Shown piece after piece: positions 1-14,330 of a stretch of 64,000 bases of DNA. A program made the translations under genes and the position numbers. The notes under the pieces were generated by a model. The model saw only the letters and a list, made by a program, of their open reading frames with translations, was not told where the DNA came from and did not search any database. The stretch is from the human T2T-CHM13v2.0 reference genome, Homo sapiens: NCBI RefSeq assembly GCF_009914755.1, contig NC_060925.1, one strand, 5' to 3'. Numbering within the stretch: position 1 is the stretch's first letter; each line of letters starts with the position of its first letter.

Positions 1-316
1 CCATCTCTTTGATGCAGCTGGCTGCACTATGCATAATGTCTGATACACAATGGCACTGTCTATTGTTACAGAACTGGCTTATTTGTATATTGAAAGCTGC
101 ATTCAAATTTGTATGGTTCAGAATGTTCAAAGAAATGCACAAATTGACTACTTTAATATTCCTCAATTTGTCATAATCGTTTTTGTGTGAGTGTTTTTCT
201 TATTTAAGGCTGTCGTAATGTCATTTATATTCTTTAAGGAAGAAGCAACAATTCTTCTGAAATCTCATAGTCGAAAGCTAAAGACAGGGGCCTAGGTCAA
301 GCTCAAAGTCACTTAC

Positions 317-357
317 AGGACGTGAAAATCACCTCGGATTTAATCTAGGCTTAGCAG
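317..357 (-). other. Candidate 41-nt non-coding exon
   Basis: Minus strand reads cctttcttcagttcttttcctgtag|CTGCTAAG...CACGTCCT|gtaagt: long pyrimidine tract, AG, and a GTAAGT donor. Stop codons in all three frames. Unique sequence. Confidence 0.4.
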
Positions 358-839
358 CTACAGGAAAAGAACTGAAGAAAGGCCTTGTTTTATGTTTTCT
401 GACAGTAAAATGAAATAAAACGTGGAATATTATAGAAAGGATTTTGTAAGTGAAAGGGAGTGGTTGAGAAGAGGCAAAGTGAGTGTTGGAAAGGATATTG
501 AAACTTGAAGAAGGCTGGAAGAAGAGGTCAAGGGAATCCTATGACTGAAAGCAGCATCAGAGACACAAACATACTGATCTTGGAGCCCTGCAAATACATC
601 TCTTTATATTGAACATTTTGAGTCTTTTTCTATTCCTAGGTGTGTTTACTAAATTATACAAGTCTGCTAATACCAATTATCCTATAAATGCCCTTCTTAA
701 TTCTTAAAATACGTATTGCACAACTGAATTGCATTTGAGTTTGTTTTTTAAGTTATGAAACAGGTATCCTGAGTCTGTAAATACAGTTTATTTCCTGATC
801 ACTGAGCTACAAAAAGTACAGATTCAAAAAGCAATTTTT

Positions 840-1163
840 GGCTGGGCCAGATGACTCACACCTGTAATCCCAAGCACTTTGGGAGGCTGACGCAGGAGGA
901 TCCCTAGAGGCCAGGAGTTCGAGATCAGCCTGGGCAACAAAGCGAAAAATCCCATCTCTACAAAAAATAAAAAAAATTAAAAAGTGATATGTGTTGGCAT
1001 ATGCCTATCATAGTAGCTACTTAAGAGGCTGTGGTGAGAGGATTGCTTGAGCCCAGGAGGTCAAGACTGCTGTGAGCTCTAATTGCACCTTGCACTCCAG
1101 CCTGGGCAACAGAGCATTTCTTGAAACAATTTCTTATCTCAAGAAAATAAAATGAAATTTTTT
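840..1163 (+). mobile_element. AluJ SINE
   Basis: Dimeric Alu with J-type right arm (GAGGATTGCTTGAGCCCAGGAGGTCAAGACTGC). 14-bp TSD aaaaagc(a/t)attttt at 826-839 and 1164-1177. Confidence 0.93.
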
Positions 1164-2159
1164 AAAAAGCTATTTTTAAAACATGGAAAAAAAACTTACA
1201 AAATCAAGAAAAATGATTGTCATTATTGCATAGATACTAATTAGAGACAAATGTAGTTGCATGTTGTTCATTTGAAGATATTACCTTTTCATCACTTCAC
1301 TGGTAGAGATTAGAGGTCCTTTTCCAGCATTTCAAAAAATGTGGGAAAAACTAGTCTCTTCTACTTGCCATAGATAACTTACTATTGCAATTCCTGAGGA
1401 TACGTAATTCCACTGTTAAATACAGGGTGGGATAGCAATCACATTATAATTATCAAACTTTTGGGCAGGGCATATAAAGAATTGGCCAGAATTTTTTTTT
1501 GTTAATCTCTTCATTTAATTCTTTGATTATATCATTATGACCAACTCCTCCTCACCCACCCCCCCTTTTTTTTTTTTCAAAATTAGTTGCATTCAGAACA
1601 TTTTGAGTATAAAGAATTAAGACCTTCAACAAAATACTGCAGCACTGTGAGCCGCAAATTTCTATAGGCGCTATAGGAGGGGTTATTAATATCCTTAGAC
1701 TATTGTGAATGTTGGAGGAGATAATGTATGTGCCTGTGCTTTGTAATGTACACATCAGTTTGTAAAAGCAATTTGAGACTAAGGCATAACTGTCAGACGC
1801 TAATAGTTAGGACTTTAAAGAAAAAAAAAAAACCTTTAAAATTTGTTGTCATTTGATAAACAAATTCTCACCATTGAATAGTAAATCTTTCCATGATTAA
1901 TCAATTCAATCAATTCAATCATAGACATAAGGTTAAGTGTAATGACCCAAAACTAATGTATTTGGGTAAAATAAAATTATCTTCACCTACAGGCTCAGTT
2001 TTATCTATTTGTAATTTGTATGATAATATATCTGACTTACAAAATTATCTTTATTATTCATTTGTTCATACATTTGTGGATTCATTTAATAAATGGATTT
2101 AGTATGTACCTGTGCACAGAATTACCTCAGTGTCACAGGAGATAATGCACCATGGTCAA

Positions 2160-2765
2160 TGTGGTAGAAAAATTCTAAAGATGTCTTTCCTCCCCAGACA
2201 TTCCCATCCCCTGGTTACTCAGTCAAGCACTAATCTAAGTACTTTGTGAAAGATTTTGCAGATGTAATTAAAATTCCAAGTTAGTTGACCTTAAAATCTG
2301 GAGATGATCTGGGTGGGCCTACCCCAGTTACATGAAGTCTTGTAAAAGCAGGCAGTTTTCTCCACTGGTGGCAAAAACCCAGAGATTAAAAACCCAGAGA
2401 GGAGTTGGCCTTGCTGTTGCTGGCTTCAAAACTGAGGGGCCCCCATGTGTTAAGAAATGCAGGTGACTTTCAGAAGCAGAAAGCAGCCTTCTGCTGACAG
2501 CCAACAAGAAAATGAGGACCTCAGTCCTTCCACCACAAGGAACTGGATCCTGAAAACACAAATGAGCTCAAAAGTAAGTATTCCCTAGAGCCTACAGATA
2601 AGAACCCAGCTGAGCTGACACCTTGGTTTCAGCTTTGTGAGACCATATGCAGAAAACCTAGTTAAGTCATATTGCACTTCAGACTTATAGACCTGAAAGT
2701 AAATTTATGTTCTTTAAGCCACTTGATTTCTGGTAATTGTTTCATAGCAATAGAAAGCAAATGCA
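2160..2765 (+). mobile_element. MLT1 (MLT1E-like) ERVL-MaLR solo LTR
   Basis: TGTGGTAG start; tttgcagatgtaattaa, ccacaaggaactg and ttaagccac...tggtaattgtttcatagcaatagaaa motifs typical of MLT1D/E. Confidence 0.85.
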
Positions 2766-4754
2766 AGTTAACAATCTGTTTCATATTGGGGCATGCCACA
2801 TAAACTGTGGAAAGGCAGGAAGGGTTAAAGGGACAAAAGTTAGAAATTAAAAAAAAAAGACATGTCAAGATGAAATGACTGAGCAGCACACATAATACGT
2901 GCTCTTAGCTTCAAGAAGAGTATTTCACAGTGGGCTGGAATATTCTGAGAAGTTCTTCCTGGAGCAGGAAGGCTTAAAGCATGGAAGAGGTAGTAGGCAA
3001 GGCCGAATCTCTCTTATGATTCCAAATAAACCTCCCATTAAACTTGTCTATCTTTAATTTGAGTTTTTGTTTAAACTGAAAGCAGCAACAGAGATGACAC
3101 TGTATAGATGACATTATATAATCCTAAGCTATATCTGTTATTCATGTTTTCTACAAACCTTTCCCCAACTATAAAAACAACAAAAACAAATGCTCCAGAG
3201 ACTCCAAGGAGTCAGTGCTATTATTCCACTGAGTTGGAAGGAAATAATCATCATCCACTTATAAATCCGGGATTACTCCAATTTCATGCTGAGCCCTGAA
3301 TGAGATAATACATACATATATGTAATCTCCATATAGAGTACAGTAAGAAAGCTTGACCAGAAGACCTGTGTGCACCCCTCCACACACTTTTTTTAATGTG
3401 AAATATCTGAGTCGGAGCACTTCTCAATGAATAACTAATCCTGGGAAGCATATAATCATGTTCATTTTCTAACTCTTTTGTGGTCAAATAATAAATACAG
3501 ATGATACAGAAAATAGGAACCATGGCAAATTTGGACAAACGTAATTTAGAGACAGTGACAGAAAGCTTAGTCAAGCTTAATGCTCACAATCCATAAAGCA
3601 AAAATCAGGACAAAAAACACCAAACATTCCCCTGAGGCTCATGATTACATAAGAGGGTCCTTCAGGTCCTTTGGTTTAGCACAACCTCTTCTTTTCCCAG
3701 CAATCACACTCCTACAGCTAAAAGATGTCTGGACTACGACACTCATTATTTACAGCAGTTAGTGAAGCTGCAAGAGTACCTACATACATATATGCATACA
3801 TACACAGTGCAGAAGATAATGAGTAGTGCCTTAGCTCATCTTATTTCCCCAAACTTGTAATTTAATTATGTTTCCAATGGGAGAAAAAGGCACACACCTC
3901 CCCTTAAAGAACACTTTTTTATATACAAAAAGTAAAGTGGACGTATTTCTTTTACTTGTGCCATTTCTCCATTTAAGCTGCTATTTGCTACTTATCAGCA
4001 TGAATAGAAGAATGGATGAAATGAGCAAAACATAGATTTTTGTTGTTCCTGCCATGTAAAGTTACAGCAAATAAATTGCACAGAGAAAAGAATAAATGTA
4101 GAAATAACCTAAATCTTTTTATGTAGATGAGGTAAAAAGGCAGTCTCCTTTAGAATTGCTCCTTTAGATTATAATAGCAATTTATGTTAAAAGTCACGAT
4201 GACAAATCAGCCTGTAATTTATTTTAAAAAGTCAAACTAGCAAGATCAAGCGTACTGTAGGTGGTATTTCATCTTATATTAAAACAGTCTTCCCAAATGT
4301 AAAAGATAATCTCAACTGCTGTGTTCTGTAAGCAAGCAGAAAATTATGTAAATCTGATTTCCTTACTGTGTGCTTACTATCTCTTTAAAGCTTACTAAAT
4401 CATATCCAGATTTGTAAACACAAAAGCACTGGATCCAAGATATATTTGCCTTTAAACACTCAGAATGAGGAAAGGTATTTTGCAGGGTGTAATTGAAAAA
4501 TTCCTATCTGTTTTCAAAAGCTAACAAATCAACAATTATGTGAGATTTAAAAAAAAATACAAAACATCACCTTTTAACTTATTATGGGCTTAATTGCTTC
4601 CTCATAATGGAGTGTGACAATGTGATTGCAATAAGAACAGCACCTGCTTTGAAAATCCCATATCAAAGAAATGCCAGTAAGGGAGCAGGAAGCTCACACG
4701 GCAGCCATGTTGAAGTTCCTCTTCATCTATATTTTAGCTTTCACTGTTTCTTAC

Positions 4755-4819
4755 CCTCTGTACTTTAGGTCTCTTTAGGCTCATTGCCTGAATAACTGGT
4801 GTTTGCTTTGTTAGCTCAC
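4755..4819 (-). other. Candidate 65-nt exon, or extension of an upstream exon to a second donor
   Basis: Minus strand catttttag|GTGAGC...CAGAGG|gtaaga. The upstream boundary is also a good donor (TAG|gtgagc), so the structure is ambiguous. Confidence 0.25.
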
Positions 4820-5725
4820 CTAAAAATGTCGGTACCTGTATGCATGCTCACGTTGGAGATGTCATAAGCATAAAGGCACATATATGTAGCTGGATATTTC
4901 TCCGAGCCAAAATTTAGAAACTTTCTTCTTTTCAAACACAGAAATCTCCTACATGACCCAGACTGTAATGTGCTCTGCCTGTGTGCTAGAAGACAAACCT
5001 GTGATCCAGATTGCACAGCATGTTAAAGTCAATAGCCGTGCCAATAGCATGGACTGTCCTCATCCTTCCTGTGTTCTGCAGAAGTAATACTTTGATGTCA
5101 AAGTTAAATTCACTGTTATTGTGGGTTTGCATTTACCTGCATCAGTACACTCCAATCTATTTGGAAATATACATCTAATCTTAATATATATCTTTTCACA
5201 ACTAATTTCTTACTTTATATATTACAGCAAGGCAGGAAATCCTTTACTCTTTCTATGAAGAGTTAACCAAGTAATAAATCAAGTTAAAAGATATTTAAAT
5301 TACTAGTTATGTTTTAGTTAAGATAAATGTATAGTATTTCCTGCACCTTTAAAAAATGAGAGTAAGAAAAACAAACTCTCTTGTTCTAGTTCCTGGCCTA
5401 TAGTAAGTAGTTAAATATTTGTTAAGTGAGAATGCTATTCAATACATTCAGTAAGCAATAAAATATACATTTTGGTTCTTTATTAAGGAATTTTGCCAAC
5501 TGTAAAATAACACAATATTCCATTTTAATTCTAGCATTCTAGAATTTTAAGTGATAGATCGAGACAATCACATGAGAGTAAAGAAAGGCAGTGAATGCTG
5601 AACTTACATATGCTATGAGCCATACAAAGAGAATGACCAGCAAATACAGTAGGACAAAGAATAATGAGAGATGTGCTCAAAGGGAGCTATGCACCTGCAC
5701 ATAAGACACACTGAGAGGCTGATAA

Positions 5726-5772
5726 CACACTCACACACACACACACACATGCATGCACACAAACACACACAC
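5726..5772. repeat. Imperfect (CA)n microsatellite
   Basis: Interrupted CA run seen directly. Confidence 0.85.
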
Positions 5773-6324
5773 TGTCCTTATGCATAGCAACATTTAGAGG
5801 CACACAAAGACACTTACTGAAAGGGCAGAGGAAGACTGAGAATTCTAATTATGGCAGAAAGTGAGGTGAATGGGAAACAGCCCCAGTTTATGTGTTTATA
5901 GGATAATAAAGACTGCAAATGCCCTCTTGTATTTTCACAGCAGAAGGTACCAACGGCAGTGCCAGCTCTGGGTGCTTGCCTTCTGGCTAGATGACATTAA
6001 GCTGAGGTGCATATGTGGCCTGTGGGCTGAAGATTTCACACCTGCTATAAAGGCAGTCTGTGTTAAGTCTCATTCTAAATAGTACCTGTGTAATAGTAGT
6101 GTTCAAATCAATGTTTCACACAAATAAAAACTCACATTCATTTATCTATAAAACTGCTATAATGTTAAGGCACTGAGTATAAGCCCTAATAAATTCAAAT
6201 GCTAGGCACATTATATCAATGTGCTGTCAGCAAAATGCGTAGCTGAAAGATAATGAATAATTTCATATTTCAGGACCTCTGGAATCTAGAACAAAATAAT
6301 CAGAATAGTTGATTCTTATATTCT

Positions 6325-6560
6325 TAGACCTATCATGTTTAAGTATGTTTTAAAAACTTTGCATATATAAATTTATTTATATAAATTTATTTTTTATTAT
6401 AATAAATAAATTTATTTTATTATATAAATTTATTTACTCCTCACAACAGCCTATATTATTTTCTCCATTGTATAAATGGGGAAAACTGAGATACATAAAT
6501 GTTGGAGCCTAGATTTAACCCAGTCTATGAAGTTTTAAAATCTTTGTTCTTAAGCACTTT
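6325..6560 (-). mobile_element. MIR fragment containing an AT-rich tandem expansion (6362-6436)
   Basis: ctcctcacaacagcc...tataaatggggaaaactgag MIR core; repeated tataaatttattt units. Confidence 0.6.
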
Positions 6561-8438
6561 GCCATGCTGCCCCTCAGAGATAAGCAACAAATGTAAAGGC
6601 TTAAAAAATGTTTGAATAAGATCCACGATTAAAACAATACATAAAGAAACAAATTTTAAAACTCCCTTTGGATTTTCTCTAATAAAAAGGAAGAAAAGAA
6701 TACTTTAAAAATCTTTATCACCTACAGGTAGCCTTTTCAAAGACTTTTCTTTCACAAACAAGCCAGTATGAAGTTAGAAGAAACCCTGGTATGATAAATA
6801 CATAATTTTTTAGTTCTTTGATTAAAAGGTTACATCTTGATAACTTTAGAGTTTTTTTAAATTTTTTTTTCATAAACCGCATTGACTAGAACTGCTGGTG
6901 GTACTGGTACACATACCTATATTTACTTTCAATGAACTTAAATTCCTGAAAAAGTTATTTCTAAAGAAGGAACAAACTAGCATGTAGTATTTAAATGGAT
7001 TATTTTACATATCAGGAACACAAATCTCTATGTACCATCAGCAGTTTTTGTTATTTTTACAAAAGGTAAAATTAAAACAAAAAAAGTCCGAAAGGTTAAG
7101 TGAAGTCTAAATTACATTTCATTTCAAATTCAAATGCTCGGTGGGGGTTGCACAGTAAAATCCTTATTGATAAAAGACTGGCTTGAATCAAACTTCTTTT
7201 TTGCTAATAGCCTGAGCCAAGTCACCCAGAGCCAGTGGTCTCTGATGCTTCTAGAGAGTCATCCATCAGAGGCTTTCTCCATCTGTTAGGTCCAGTGCAC
7301 AGTGCATTCCATTTTGTTCTCACTCTGGGACCTCTCCAGCCAGTCCTAGATCCATCCATACCTCATTGTTCTGCAGCCAGACAAACAGTGGCAATTAAAA
7401 CATTGGGTAGGGATGACATACTATGGTTACGGTTAAGAAGGCCCTTCCACTTTTAAAAATCGCTGTTTTGTGATACTTAACATTTTCTCAAAATAGTATT
7501 CAGATGGAAACTTTGTGTTTGCTTTCAGTTCAAAGTGCCTCTGTATGAGAAATATTTAAGAGATGTATTTTGTTTTAAAGTAAAAATATACTTTATGGAT
7601 TACCCATACTTACTTATGAAGGATTCACTGCAGGGTGAGAGGGAGGAGGATAATTTACACTTATTATTCAACAAATGTGTTGACTGCCTACTATGTTCAA
7701 GGCCTTTTGCCAGCCCCTGCCTCTCTTCTCAGAAAGGTAATTATCTCCTAGGACAGATAAGCAGAGGCAGAAATAAATGTTATATAATTGAAAAGTGCCA
7801 GCCTTCCCTCCCACTGCAGAGTCCCTGCTCATGGCCTGGTACTGCAGTATGGAAGAGGAGAGTATCTTCTTAGAACAATTGGGCAACTCATCTTTGAACT
7901 TTTGTTTCTGTTTGGCACCTTCTGGCAAACTATGGCCATTATAGCTCCTGGATCCTGGCTCAAAGACACGTTTCCTTTCTGCTCTTGGCTCTATGGTCTC
8001 ATTTAGATCTCAGATCCTTTCTCTGTATTGCCTCTATAAACCTCAGTTTGACCTGGCCTCTGCTGGGTATTGCCCTAACATATCCTTCCTCTGCAATTCT
8101 CTGCTCTTTTGCTTGGGGCTCAACTAGGTGACTGCAATATGTAATGTGCCTTTTTCTCTCTTGCTTTTATGTAAAATTAAAATTCATGGTTTTGATTTTT
8201 TAATGGTATTGAATTAGTTAAAGCAGTCATACTGTATTTCCACTCAAAACCCTTAGATTATCCAGACTTTCCAACATTCTTACAGCATAGAGTTGGCTAT
8301 AAAACATCCACATTTTAGCTGGGCAGTACAGAAAGTGTATAATTCACATTTTACTACATTTTCTGAAGTGGTATGTCTTATAGCTTTTTTTAAAAAAAAA
8401 AAAGTTGTGACTCTCCATATAAGAATTAAAAAAAGGCC

Positions 8439-8778
8439 TTTTTTTTTTTTTTTTTTGAGACGGAGTCTCGCTCTGTCACCCAGGCTGGAGTGCAGTGGCG
8501 CGATCTCGGCTCACTGCAAGCTCCGCCTCCCGAGTTCACGCCATTCTCCTGCCTCAGCCTGGCTCACTGCAAGCTCCGTCTCCCGGGTTCACGCCATTCT
8601 CCTGCCTCAGCCTCCCAAGTAGCTGGGACTACAGGCGCCCACCACCGGGCCCGACTAATTTTTTGTATTTTTAGTAGAGACAGGGTTTCACCGTGGTCTC
8701 GATCTCCTGAACTCGTGATCCGCCCACCTCGGCCTCCCAAAGTGCTGGGATTACAGGCGTGAGCCACCGCGCCCGGCC
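8439..8778 (-). mobile_element. AluY of the 12-bp-deletion (Yc/Yd) lineage with internal 53-bp tandem duplication
   Basis: Sense strand GAGACCA^CGGTG lacks TCCTGGCTAACA; CpG-rich; 8508-8560 is repeated at 8561-8613; TSD-like aaaaaag(g/a)c(c/t)tttt on both sides. Confidence 0.93.
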
Positions 8779-9239
8779 AAAAAAGACTTTTTTTTTTATG
8801 ATCTTTTTTTTATGACCTTTTTTTTATGATCATAAAAAAGGTCAAAAAAAGACCTTTTTTATGATCAGGCAATAAATATGTATTCCCTGGCATTGTTTAG
8901 ATGTATTCAAATCCCACAAATACTGATTGAAAAGCAAGTAAAAATGTATCTGGAAATACCATGAAGATATAAATCATAAATTCAGTTTATTTAACACTAA
9001 AATACACAAAAAAGGACAGTTTGAATAAAGTAAAACATGGCTATAGCTCCCAATTTTTCTAGCAAAGTGTACAATAATGGAAGAAGAAAAGAGCTGAAAG
9101 ATGTCTATGCAGACTAAAGCTCATCTGTAAGCCCTAAAAACAGAGTGAGTATTTCGAATTGAACTCAGAAAAAGTAAAAGTCTATAGAAATTCCACACTT
9201 CTAATTTGGATTTATTTATCTGAAGGAAAGAGGATCAAT

Positions 9240-10010
9240 ATTTATTTATTTATTTATTTATCCAATCATCCATCCATCCATCCATCTGTTTATCCATTCA
9301 TTCATTCATTCATTCATTCATTCATTCAACAGATGTTTATTAAATATAATGTATACTGGGTAATAACCCAGGTACTTCCTAGGCACTAGGGATATAGCAA
9401 TGAACAAACAAATTTCTTGCTATCATGGAATTTACATTTTGGGCAAACAAATAAACAAATAAAACATCAAGTAGTGATACATTCTAAAAAGACAGAATAA
9501 GGGACTAGAAAGTGAATGGGAGGGTAGGGTATTCTTTTATGTATGAAAATAAATTTAGAGACTTTTGCCTAGAGATTTAAATAAAGTAATTCTTTGCATA
9601 GAGATTTAAATAAAGTAATGAGATGAGCTATGAAAATGATTAGGGGAAACTGAAATTGTGGTAGGCAGAGACCTGGTTAGTGCTAAGGCCCTGAGGTAGG
9701 AGCATGCTTGGTGTGTTCAAAAGCAACAATGAAACCAGAATGGCTGAGCAGAGTAGGAGAGTCCACTGAGAAAATGATTGTAAGAGATGATGTCGTAGAT
9801 CAAGGGACAAGATCATATAGGTCCCAGAGGGAACTTTGGATTTTATTTTTAATGAGATAGGATGCTATTGAGTGGTTTTGAGCAGAGGAGTGACATGTTC
9901 TAAATATATCATTCAGGCTCTTTGTGGTAGAGAACAGATTAAGTTAAAGGAAGATGGGAAGCAAAAGAGACAAGAATCCATAGCAATAGTTCTAACAGAG
10001 ATAATAGAGC
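9240..10010 (-). mobile_element. L2 3' region with (TTTA)/(TCCA)/(TTCA)n tail
   Basis: ttcattcaacagatgtttatt...ctaggcactagggatatagcaatgaac and gagcatgcttggtgtgttcaa L2 motifs. Confidence 0.8.
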
Positions 10011-10106
10011 ATGTATATTAGCAATTGCTCTTTTTTAAAGAAATTATTTTATTGTATATATTTAAGGCATAAAATGTAATGTTTTGCTATACTTATACAT
10101 AGTTTT

Positions 10107-11010
10107 TGCTATGGTTTGGATGTTTGTGTTCCCTCCAAAACTCATGTAACAACTGAAGGAGTGCAGGAAATTTTACACCAAAATATGGCTCACTGGAATC
10201 ATGAGTATTTTGATTTAAAAACTGAGAGGTCAGTAGGCTCTAGAAGGGACTTTTCGCTTATCTATGTAAAGATGAGACTGAAGCACCAAAGAGAACAATT
10301 GTTTCTCTTCCCCTCCCTGTTATTTCATTATCCACTAAAGGAACGAAGGCTAAAAATGTAACTGCATCTGAACACACCCTTTTTAAAGATAAAGACTGAC
10401 TCCAAGGATCATTTCAATTCCAAAGATAACTATTTACAAATTAATTTCTGTTCCTTGATCCAACAATTCATCCAGGCAATCAATTATTGCCACTCAATGG
10501 AATTATTATTCTCCCCCACCTTATAACCTGTTTTACCAGGATCCAAGCCCCCATTCTTGAGCAGATATATAAGCTCCTGGATGGTGTTGGAAGAATCCTC
10601 TGTGATTCTCCCCATGAACATGGCTTAATAGATTTGTATGTCTTTTTTCTTATTAATCTGTCTTATTGTGAGTTGATTTATCATTGAAACCTTGGGCGGC
10701 CAAGGGCCTTGCCTCCCATAAAACTTTGTCTCCAATGCAACAATATTAAGAAGTGGAACCTTTTAGAATCTGCAATTATGAGGAAGGAATTCTAGCAAAG
10801 AGATTAACGAGTTATAAAAGTGCTTGAGTGTCAGGTGTGTTCCCTTTTGCCCTTCTGCCTTCTGCCATGTGAGGATACGGCAAGAAACAAAATGATAATA
10901 CCTTGATCTTGGACTTCCCAGCCTTGAGAACTGGAAGAAATAAATTTCTCTTATTTATAAATTGTTCAGTCTCAAGTATTTTATTAGAGCAACATGAATG
11001 AACTGAGATA
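10107..11010 (+). mobile_element. MST (MSTB-like) MaLR LTR, split (10107-10153 and 10721-11010)
   Basis: TGCTATGGTTTGGATGTTTGT start; ccttgatcttggacttcccagcc...aaataaatttctc...gaactgagata end. Confidence 0.85.
10154..10720 (+). mobile_element. ERV1-class solo LTR (MER34/MER39-like) nested in MST
   Basis: TGAAGGAG...ccaaaatatgg start and tttgtatgtcttttttcttattaatctgtc...gaaacc 3' motifs; it interrupts otherwise collinear MST sequence; 4-bp TSD-like caac/aaac. Confidence 0.7.
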
Positions 11011-11179
11011 ATAGTGAAATGGTTACTGTAGCCAAACAAATTAACGTATCTATCATCTCACATAGTTACCCATTAGGGCATTGTTTTTAAGGAATCTTCA
11101 AACTGGACACCAGTTACTGTGCTTCACACTGCCCCAAAATGTCCCTGGCCAATAAAGAAGTATGATTCCTGAAGCACAG

Positions 11180-11519
11180 TGTATTAGTTCATTTTCACAC
11201 TGCTGATAAAGATATACCCGAGACTGGGAAGAAAAAGAGGTTTAATTGGACTTACAGTTCCATGTGGCTGTGAAGGCTTCGGAATCATGGCAGGAGGTGA
11301 AAGGCACTGCTTACATGGCAGCGGCAAGAGAAAATGAGGAAGATGCAAAAGCAGAAACCCTGATAAGACCAACAGATCTCCTGAGACTTAATCACTACCA
11401 CGAGAACAGTATGAGGAAAACAGTCCTCATGATTCAAATTATCTCCCACAACACATGGGAATTATGGGAGTACAATTCAAGATGAGATTTGGGTGGGGAC
11501 ACAGAACCAAACCATATCA
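11180..11519 (-). mobile_element. THE1C solo LTR
   Basis: tgtattagttcattttcacactgctgataaaga...gggtggggacacagaaccaaaccatatca; 5-bp TSD cacag/tacag. Confidence 0.92.
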
Positions 11520-12419
11520 TACAGTGTGTGTGTGTGAGAGAGATTATCTTTCTCTATAAGCTTCAAAGTTTATTGTTACTGGTAGTAAACTGGTATTTCT
11601 CTATGTTTCAAAATAATTTTGTAAACAAACAGAAACAATTGGGAATATGTTTTACCAAAATATACTTTTAAATACCAATAATTGAAGTCACGTTGAGGTT
11701 GTTAAGTCAGTAATAAGCTAATAAGTTAGAAATAAGCCTTGTTTCAATGGCTGGTCAAATTGTGTTCATATGCAGTTAACCTTTGAACAATACTGGTTAG
11801 AATTATGTGGGTCCACTTATACATAGATTTTTTTTTCAATAAATATATTGAGAAAGTTTTTGGAGATTTGCAACAGTTTGAAAAAACTGGCAGACAAACT
11901 GTGTAGCCTAGAAATATCAAACAAATTAAGAAAAAATTATGTCATGAATGCATATAATATATGAAGATACTAGTCTATTTTGTCATTTACTACTATAAAA
12001 TATAGACAAATCTATTATAAAAACTTAAACTGATGCAGACTGTGCATAGTGCTACTCAGTCCAGGGAAAATAAATAAATGTAAAGATGTGGTATTAAATG
12101 ATAACTACATAAAATTAACAGTGGTACATATTGTAGTACTGTAACAATTTTGTAGCCACTTCCTGTTGCTATTGTGGTGAGCTTGAGTGATGAGTATCTG
12201 CTTAATACACTGTGTGATAGTAATCATCTTTGTGTGAGAAATTCATCTCTCCAATAAATTGTGTATTGCAGTAAAAAGTGATTTCTCGAGGTTCTTGTGT
12301 TTATTTTAAACCATGTTTAGTGCAATATCATAGTCTTGAATAACACCATTGGAGTCACAAGAAGTGCCATAGTGATGCTGGAAGTGCGTCCAAGAAGTAA
12401 ACAAAAGTCATGACATTAT

Positions 12420-14330
<1,911 letters not shown>

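Larger units (their letters stand above)
10031..11074 (-). mobile_element. L1MA-type 3' end, split (10031-10103 and 11011-11074) by an MST insertion
   Basis: tttattgtatatatttaagg...tatacatagt continues as atagtgaaatggttact...ctcacatagttacc; ATAGT is duplicated at both junctions. Confidence 0.75.

Noticed and set aside
8293-8767. Overlapping 67-109 aa ORFs (similar ones at 12637, 17098, 20015, 26060, 27778, 28218, 35472, 52079)
   Set aside because: Standard Alu-derived translations ([23 protein letters not shown]); not genes.
9564-9619. Short tandem duplications (also 2373-2400, 14805-14830, 54464-54510, 63782-63819)
   Set aside because: Two-copy slippage duplications, mostly inside old repeats; ordinary mutation, no spacer array and not CRISPR-like.
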